In this document: positions 58,554-64,000 of the stretch, in pieces
How the letters are laid out: each line of letters opens with the position of its first letter
How positions within the stretch are numbered: the stretch's first letter is position 1
Assembly: GCA_039024775.1 (NCBI GenBank)
Contig: JBCCPS010000006.1
Coordinates: forward strand, 3,432-67,431
Direction: 5' to 3'
Source of the DNA: Pseudomonadota bacterium
GTDB lineage: Bacteria; Pseudomonadota; Alphaproteobacteria; Rhodobacterales; Rhodobacteraceae
DNA length: 64,000 nucleotides
Made by a program: the position numbers and the translations under genes
Notes under the pieces: model-generated
Databases searched by the model: none
The model's input: the letters and a program-made list of their open reading frames with translations, nothing else
Told to the model about the DNA's origin: nothing

Positions 58554-60611
58554 GTGCCTGACCTGCTGATCGAACTCTTTTCCGAGGAAATTCCCGCCCG
58601 TATGCAGCGCCGCGCGGCCCAAGACCTGCAAAGGCTGGTCACCGGCGGGATGCAGGAGGCCGGTCTGACCTTCGAGGCCGCGCAGGCCTTCTCAACACCT
58701 CGGCGGCTCACGCTGTCGGTCACCGGCATGCTGGCCGAAAGCCCCGCGGTGGTGGAGGAGCGAAAGGGCCCCAAGGCGGATGCGCCGGAGAAGGCGATCG
58801 AGGGCTTCTTGCGCGGCGCGGGCCTCACCCGGGCGCAATTGGAAGAACGCGACACGCCCAAGGGCCGGGTGCTTTTCGCGCGCATTGAAAAGCCGGGCCG
58901 CGCGGCGGAGGAGATCGTCAGCGAAGTGCTGGCAGAGGTGATCCGCAGCTTCCCCTGGCCCAAGTCGATGCGCTGGGGGGCGGGCACGCTCAAATGGGTG
59001 CGTCCGCTGCAGAGCATTCTGGCTGTCATCAGCGATGGCACGGGCGCGCGCGTGGTGCCGCTGGAGGTCGAGGGTTTCACGGCGGGCGATGTCACTCGCG
59101 GGCACCGTTTCATGGCGCCGGATCCGTTTTCGGTGACGGGCTTTGCGGACTACAGTGCGCAGCTTGAAGCCGCTTACGTGGTTCTGGATGCAGAGACCCG
59201 GGCTGACGAGATTTGGGCGGATGCCAGCGCTCTCGCAGCGGCGCAGGGGTTGGAAGTCGTACCCGACGCGGGGCTGCTGGAAGAGGTGTCGGGCCTTGTG
59301 GAGTGGCCGGTCGTGCTGATGGGCCCCATCGGTGAGGCGTTTCTCGACCTGCCGCCGGAGGTCTTGCAGACCTCCATGAAGGAGCATCAGAAGTTCTTTT
59401 CCGTGCGCAACCCGGCAACGGACCGGATCGAACAGTTTATAACGGTCGCCAACCGCGAGACGGCCGATCACGGCGCGACCATTCTGGCCGGGAACGAAAA
59501 GGTGCTGTCGGCCCGGCTGGCGGATGCGAAGTTCTTTTGGGAAAATGACCTGCGCGTGGCCAAAGAGGACATGAACATCTGGGTGCAAGCGCTTGAGAAC
59601 GTGACGTTTCATCGCAAGCTCGGCACCCAGGCAGAGCTAATCGAGCGCATCAGCGTGCTCGCGCGAGAATTGGCGCCGATGGTGGGCGCGGACCCGGAGG
59701 AGGCCGCGCAAGCGGCACGCCTGGCCAAGGCCGACCTCAGCTCCGAGATGGTCTATGAATTTCCTGAACTGCAGGGGCTGATGGGCAGCTATTACGCCCG
59801 CGCCGCCGGTTTCAGCGACGCGGTGGCGGATGCCGCCAAGGAGCACTATGCGCCCTTGGGCCCGTCCGATGATGTGCCAAGTGCACCGGTGTCGGTGGCC
59901 GTGGCGCTGGCCGAAAAGATCGACAAGCTGACAGGCTTCTGGGCCATTGATGAGAAACCAACCGGCAGCAAGGATCCGTTTGCGCTGAGGAGGGCGGCTT
60001 TGGGCGTGATCCGTATCCTCATCGAGAAGGACTTCTCTCTTCGGCTGGTCGAGGTCATGCAAAAGGCCAATGGCGCGACACCCGCGGCTGATCTGCTCAG
60101 CTTCTTTCACGACCGCCTCAAGGTTTACCTGCGTGACCAAGGCATCCGCCACGACATCATCGACGCCTGCATCGCGATGGACGGCAGTGACGATCTTACC
60201 TTACTCGCCAAACGCGCCGGCGCGCTCAACGATGTGCTAAAAACCGACGACGGTGAGAACCTTATCCAGGGCTTCAAGCGCGCCAATAACATCCTGACAC
60301 AGGCAGAAGCGGCGGATGGGGTCGAATACTCCTATGGTGCCGATCCCAAGTTCGCGGAAACGGACGAAGAAAGGGCGCTTTTCAAAGCCCTCGATGCGGC
60401 CGAGGCGGCGATTGATCCGGCCATGAAAGCCCAGGACTTTGCCCCCGCCATGGCTGCCATGGCAGCGCTGCGCGCGCCCATTGACGCGTTTTTCGACGCC
60501 GTGCAGGTCAATGCCGAAAACGCCACTGTTCGGCGCAACCGGCTCAATCTGCTCAGCCGCATCCGCAGCACCTGCGGCCAGGTCGCGGACCTTTCCCGGA
60601 TCGAAGGCTGA
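58554..60611 (+). CDS. glyS: glycine-tRNA ligase beta subunit
   Basis: EEIPAR, WPKSMRW, EFPELQG, GSKDPFALRR. Confidence 0.97.
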   Translation: MPDLLIELFSEEIPARMQRRAAQDLQRLVTGGMQEAGLTFEAAQAFSTPRRLTLSVTGMLAESPAVVEERKGPKADAPEKAIEGFLRGAGLTRAQLEERDTPKGRVLFARIEKPGRAAEEIVSEVLAEVIRSFPWPKSMRWGAGTLKWVRPLQSILAVISDGTGARVVPLEVEGFTAGDVTRGHRFMAPDPFSVTGFADYSAQLEAAYVVLDAETRADEIWADASALAAAQGLEVVPDAGLLEEVSGLVEWPVVLMGPIGEAFLDLPPEVLQTSMKEHQKFFSVRNPATDRIEQFITVANRETADHGATILAGNEKVLSARLADAKFFWENDLRVAKEDMNIWVQALENVTFHRKLGTQAELIERISVLARELAPMVGADPEEAAQAARLAKADLSSEMVYEFPELQGLMGSYYARAAGFSDAVADAAKEHYAPLGPSDDVPSAPVSVAVALAEKIDKLTGFWAIDEKPTGSKDPFALRRAALGVIRILIEKDFSLRLVEVMQKANGATPAADLLSFFHDRLKVYLRDQGIRHDIIDACIAMDGSDDLTLLAKRAGALNDVLKTDDGENLIQGFKRANNILTQAEAADGVEYSYGADPKFAETDEERALFKALDAAEAAIDPAMKAQDFAPAMAAMAALRAPIDAFFDAVQVNAENATVRRNRLNLLSRIRSTCGQVADLSRIEG

Positions 60612-60702
60612 CGCGCCCCGGCGCTGTCACAAAAGCGTTACACGGAGCCTTGCCAAGCGGCCTGATCTGCCTATGCTGCCGACGAAACCACAAGGTGCTG
60701 CA

Positions 60703-63240
60703 GTGCAGAATGATCCGCATACAACGCTGGTGACGCCAAATGCGCCCATCGCGGGCGACACCCATGGCGGGCGGGCGAAGTGTTTGCAACGGCTTGTGCG
60801 GCTCGACCTGCCGGTCCCCAGCACCGTGGCGCTGTCTTTTGACGCGGTGGCGCGTATCGCGCGCGGGCAGATGCCGGACATGGCCGCCATCGTGGCGCAA
60901 TTTCCCGAAGGCGCCCTGCTGTGCGTGCGCCCCTCCAGCGAGGACCCGGACTGGGGTGGGCCGGGTGCTGTGCTCAACATCGGCATCAACGACGCGCGCT
61001 TCGAACGCTTTGCCGAGACGATGGGCGAGGATGCCGCAGCAGCACTCTATACCCGCTTCGTGCAAAGCTATGCGATCCATGTGGCGCGCCTCGACCCGGA
61101 TATGTTCGACGATGTCGAAGGGGAGGGCCGCGCGGCTCTCAAAGCGTCGCTATCGGCCTATGCCGCTGAAACGGAAGAGGATTTTCCTCAGGACCCAAGC
61201 GTGCAGCTGGGCGCGGTGCTGCGGTCGATGGCGCGCGAATGGGACGGCACTACCGCGCGGCTCTTGCGCCAGGCCAAGGGCGCGCCGGCGGATGCGGGCC
61301 TTGGCCTCGTGGTGCAGCAGCTGGCCATCGGCGTGGGCTCTGGCGCCAGCGGGTCGGGCGTCTTGCAGCTGGTGAACTCGCAGACCGGTGCACCCCAGAT
61401 CACCGGGCGCTACCTTAGCCAAAGCCAGGGCCGCGACGCGCTCGCGGGCGACGTGGACGCCCACTATCTCACGCGCGACCCGCGCGGTCCCTCGCTTGAA
61501 GAGCTGCTGCCGGAGGTTTTTGCCCAGTTGCAAACCCAGGCCGATCTGATGCGAAAGCGGTTGCGCGAGGAGATGCAGGTGGAGTTTGTCATCGACGACG
61601 GCCAGCTTTTCATCCTGGACGGTGTGCGCGTGGCACGCTCCTCCCGAGCGGCGGTGCGGATCGCGGTGGCGCTGGCCAACGACGGGATCATCCCGCGCGA
61701 AGAGGCGCTCATGCGCATCCCGCCGCGCACCGTGTCGGAGCTTTTGCACCGCCAGATCGACCCGGCCGCCAAGCGCGATGTGATCGGCACGGGCATCGCG
61801 GCAAGCCCCGGTGCGGCCACCGGCAAGATCGTCTTTTCCGCCGCAGAGGCGCAAGCCGCGGATTCGCGTGATGAGCCCTGCATTCTGGTGCGCCGCGAAA
61901 CCTCGCCTGAAGACATCCGGGGCATGCAGGCCGCAGATGCCGTTCTGACGGAGCGCGGTGGCGTCACGAGCCATGCGGCCGTAATCGGGCGCGGCATGGG
62001 GCTGCCTTGCGTGGTAGGGGCCTCTGACCTGCGGTTCAACTTGCGCAAGCAGCAGATCATCGCGGGCGACGGGCGGGTCTTTTCCGCCGGTGATGTGATC
62101 ACCATCGACGGCAGCCGGGGCGAGGTGCTTGCCGGGTCCGCTCAGATGCAGGAGGCCGCGCTTGACGATGCCTTCACCACGCTGATGGACTGGGCGGAGG
62201 AGGTGGGCGATATCGGCGTGCGCGCCAACGCGGACACCCCCGCGGACGCCCAGACCGCGCAGAATTTCAAGGCGCACGGCATCGGGCTTTGCCGCACCGA
62301 GCACATGTTCTTTGATGCAGCACGCCTGACAGTCATGCGCGAGATGATCTTTGCCGAAACCAGCGAGGACCGGCGCGCGGTGCTGGAACGCCTGCTGCCG
62401 ATGCAGCGCGCTGATTTCAAAGAGATGTTTTCGATCATGGAAGGAAAGCCGGTGTGCCTGCGGCTCTTTGATCCGCCGCTGCACGAGTTTTTGCCCGCCA
62501 ACACGAGCGGTCAGCGTGAATTGGCCGAAGCGCTTGGCCTGCCGCTGAGCCAGGTCACCCGGCGGATCGAGGCGATGTCGGAATACAACCCCATGCTGGG
62601 CCTGCGCGGCGTGCGGCTGGGCGTGACAGTGCCAGAGATTTACGAGATGCAGGCCCGCGCAATATTCGAAGCGACGGTGGAGATGGGCAAGCTGGGCCAG
62701 GCGGTCGTGCCCGAGATCATGATCCCGCTGATTTCCGCCCGTCGCGAGGTGGAGCTGGTGAAAACCAGCGTGGACGCGGTGGCCGCTGCGGTACGAAATG
62801 AGACAGGCAGCACGTTCGACTACCGCCTGGGCGTCATGGTGGAGACCCCGCGCGCCGCCCTGCGCGCGGGAGAGATCGCGCCCTATTGCGCTTTCTTGAG
62901 CTTTGGCACCAATGACCTCACGCAGATGGCCTATGGCCTATCGCGCGATGATGCGGGGCGCTTCATGTCGCAATACGTGCAGCAGGGTGTCTATGCCGAA
63001 GACCCGTTTCACATGCTGGACGTGGACGGCGTGGGCGAGCTTTTGCAGCTTGGCGCGCAACGGGGGCGGGAGGCGCGCCCGGATGTGGTGATGTCCATCT
63101 GCGGGGAGCACGGCGGCAACCCCGAATCAATCGCGTTTTGCCGCGCGGCGGGGTTTGATTATGTCTCCTGCTCGCCCTTCCGGGTGCCGGTTGCGCGCCT
63201 GGCCGCCGCCCAGCTCGCGATCAGCCACAAGATCAAGTAG
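60703..63240 (+). CDS. ppdK: pyruvate phosphate dikinase-like PEP-utilising protein
   Basis: GGVTSHAAV, GIGLCRTEHMF, SFGTNDLTQ, ICGEHGG; degenerate N-terminal domain; GTG start approximate. Confidence 0.85.
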   Translation: MQNDPHTTLVTPNAPIAGDTHGGRAKCLQRLVRLDLPVPSTVALSFDAVARIARGQMPDMAAIVAQFPEGALLCVRPSSEDPDWGGPGAVLNIGINDARFERFAETMGEDAAAALYTRFVQSYAIHVARLDPDMFDDVEGEGRAALKASLSAYAAETEEDFPQDPSVQLGAVLRSMAREWDGTTARLLRQAKGAPADAGLGLVVQQLAIGVGSGASGSGVLQLVNSQTGAPQITGRYLSQSQGRDALAGDVDAHYLTRDPRGPSLEELLPEVFAQLQTQADLMRKRLREEMQVEFVIDDGQLFILDGVRVARSSRAAVRIAVALANDGIIPREEALMRIPPRTVSELLHRQIDPAAKRDVIGTGIAASPGAATGKIVFSAAEAQAADSRDEPCILVRRETSPEDIRGMQAADAVLTERGGVTSHAAVIGRGMGLPCVVGASDLRFNLRKQQIIAGDGRVFSAGDVITIDGSRGEVLAGSAQMQEAALDDAFTTLMDWAEEVGDIGVRANADTPADAQTAQNFKAHGIGLCRTEHMFFDAARLTVMREMIFAETSEDRRAVLERLLPMQRADFKEMFSIMEGKPVCLRLFDPPLHEFLPANTSGQRELAEALGLPLSQVTRRIEAMSEYNPMLGLRGVRLGVTVPEIYEMQARAIFEATVEMGKLGQAVVPEIMIPLISARREVELVKTSVDAVAAAVRNETGSTFDYRLGVMVETPRAALRAGEIAPYCAFLSFGTNDLTQMAYGLSRDDAGRFMSQYVQQGVYAEDPFHMLDVDGVGELLQLGAQRGREARPDVVMSICGEHGGNPESIAFCRAAGFDYVSCSPFRVPVARLAAAQLAISHKIK

Positions 63241-63358
63241 ACGCACCGCGCCGCGCCGCAACCGGTGGGCGCGCGCCTGCCGCGCACCGTCCTAAGGGTT
63301 TACGTTAACGTCTCTTTTAGGTACCGCTCCCGCGCTGTCATCACGAAAGAGGCGCTTC

Positions 63359-64000
63359 ATGCGTTGGTTCCGACATTTGCTGTGCGCAGGGTTTTTGCCT
63401 GCTTTGGTGCTTTTTCCCGCTGTTTCCGCCGCGAACCCCGACAAGGCTGAAGAACTGGCACGCGTGGAGGCGTCTGGCCTCTCCTCAGCGGGCTCCAAGC
63501 GCTTGCGTTCGATGATCACGCCGCCTCCGGCGGGCGAAGGCGCGGTGCAGTTCACGCGCAGCTGGATCAACGCCCAACCTGCCGCGACCGGCTCCGCGCA
63601 GTGGCGTTGCCTGGCGGAGGCGCTCTATTTCGAGGCGCGCGGTGAGACGGTGAAGGGCCAGTTCGCGGTAGCCGAGGTGATCATGAACCGGGTCAAATCG
63701 GACCGCTTTCCCTCCACCCCCTGCGCTGTGATCAACCAGGGCACGGGCCGCAAGTATCAGTGCCAGTTCACCTATACCTGCGATGGCATCGCTGAGGTGA
63801 TCGCGGAACCCGCGGCCTTTGCCCAGGTTGGCAAAGTCGCCCGAGCCACCATAGATGGCCGCGTCCCGCCGCTGACCGAAGGCGCCACGCATTACCACAC
63901 GACGGCCGTGCGCCCGCGTTGGAGCCGCGTTTACACGCGCACGGTGCGCATCGGTGTGCATCTGTTTTACCGGCACACCTGGCGCACCGCCTCCAACTGA
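63359..64000 (+). CDS. cell wall hydrolase, SleB/Hydrolase_2 family
   Basis: CLAEALYFEARGE, VIMNRV, CQFTYTCDG, GATHYH; stop codon at window end. Confidence 0.9.
   Translation: MRWFRHLLCAGFLPALVLFPAVSAANPDKAEELARVEASGLSSAGSKRLRSMITPPPAGEGAVQFTRSWINAQPAATGSAQWRCLAEALYFEARGETVKGQFAVAEVIMNRVKSDRFPSTPCAVINQGTGRKYQCQFTYTCDGIAEVIAEPAAFAQVGKVARATIDGRVPPLTEGATHYHTTAVRPRWSRVYTRTVRIGVHLFYRHTWRTASN

Noticed and set aside
63263-63289. CGGTG...CACCG GC-rich hairpin after ppdK as a REP copy
   Set aside because: The stem is imperfect, there is only one occurrence in the window, and it cannot be distinguished from a terminator-like stem.

Overview
This is a high-GC, gene-dense chromosomal segment that looks like a Roseobacter-group (Rhodobacterales) alphaproteobacterium, judged from gene content and order. 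It is mostly housekeeping genes: pepN, pntAB, a peptide ABC transporter with argE/DAO/two M20 amidohydrolases, moaA, rpiA, gor, hflKC-degP, ferredoxin, purD/xseA, an alkB-like gene, ftsY-yciB, folE2, trkH, glyQS, a ppdK-like gene and a SleB-type hydrolase. I saw no rRNA, tRNA, CRISPR array, prophage or intact IS. The most unusual signals are: (1) an intact-ORF REP-associated tyrosine transposase (RAYT) homologue that has lost its HUH and catalytic Tyr motifs, has no flanking REPs, and has a perfect CtrA box (TTAA-N7-TTAAC on both strands) about 25 bp upstream; (2) two intergenic arrays of three abutting AT-rich palindromes with about 24-bp periodicity, conserved cores and different arms, plus a nested REPIN/MITE-like hairpin element; (3) further pseudo-enzymes, namely a trypsin-like protein lacking its whole catalytic triad and a PPDK with a degenerate nucleotide-binding domain; (4) a CtrA-box-preceded clan GH-A-like protein with a C-terminal hydrophobic tail. 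All family assignments come from motif recognition only; no database searches were run.
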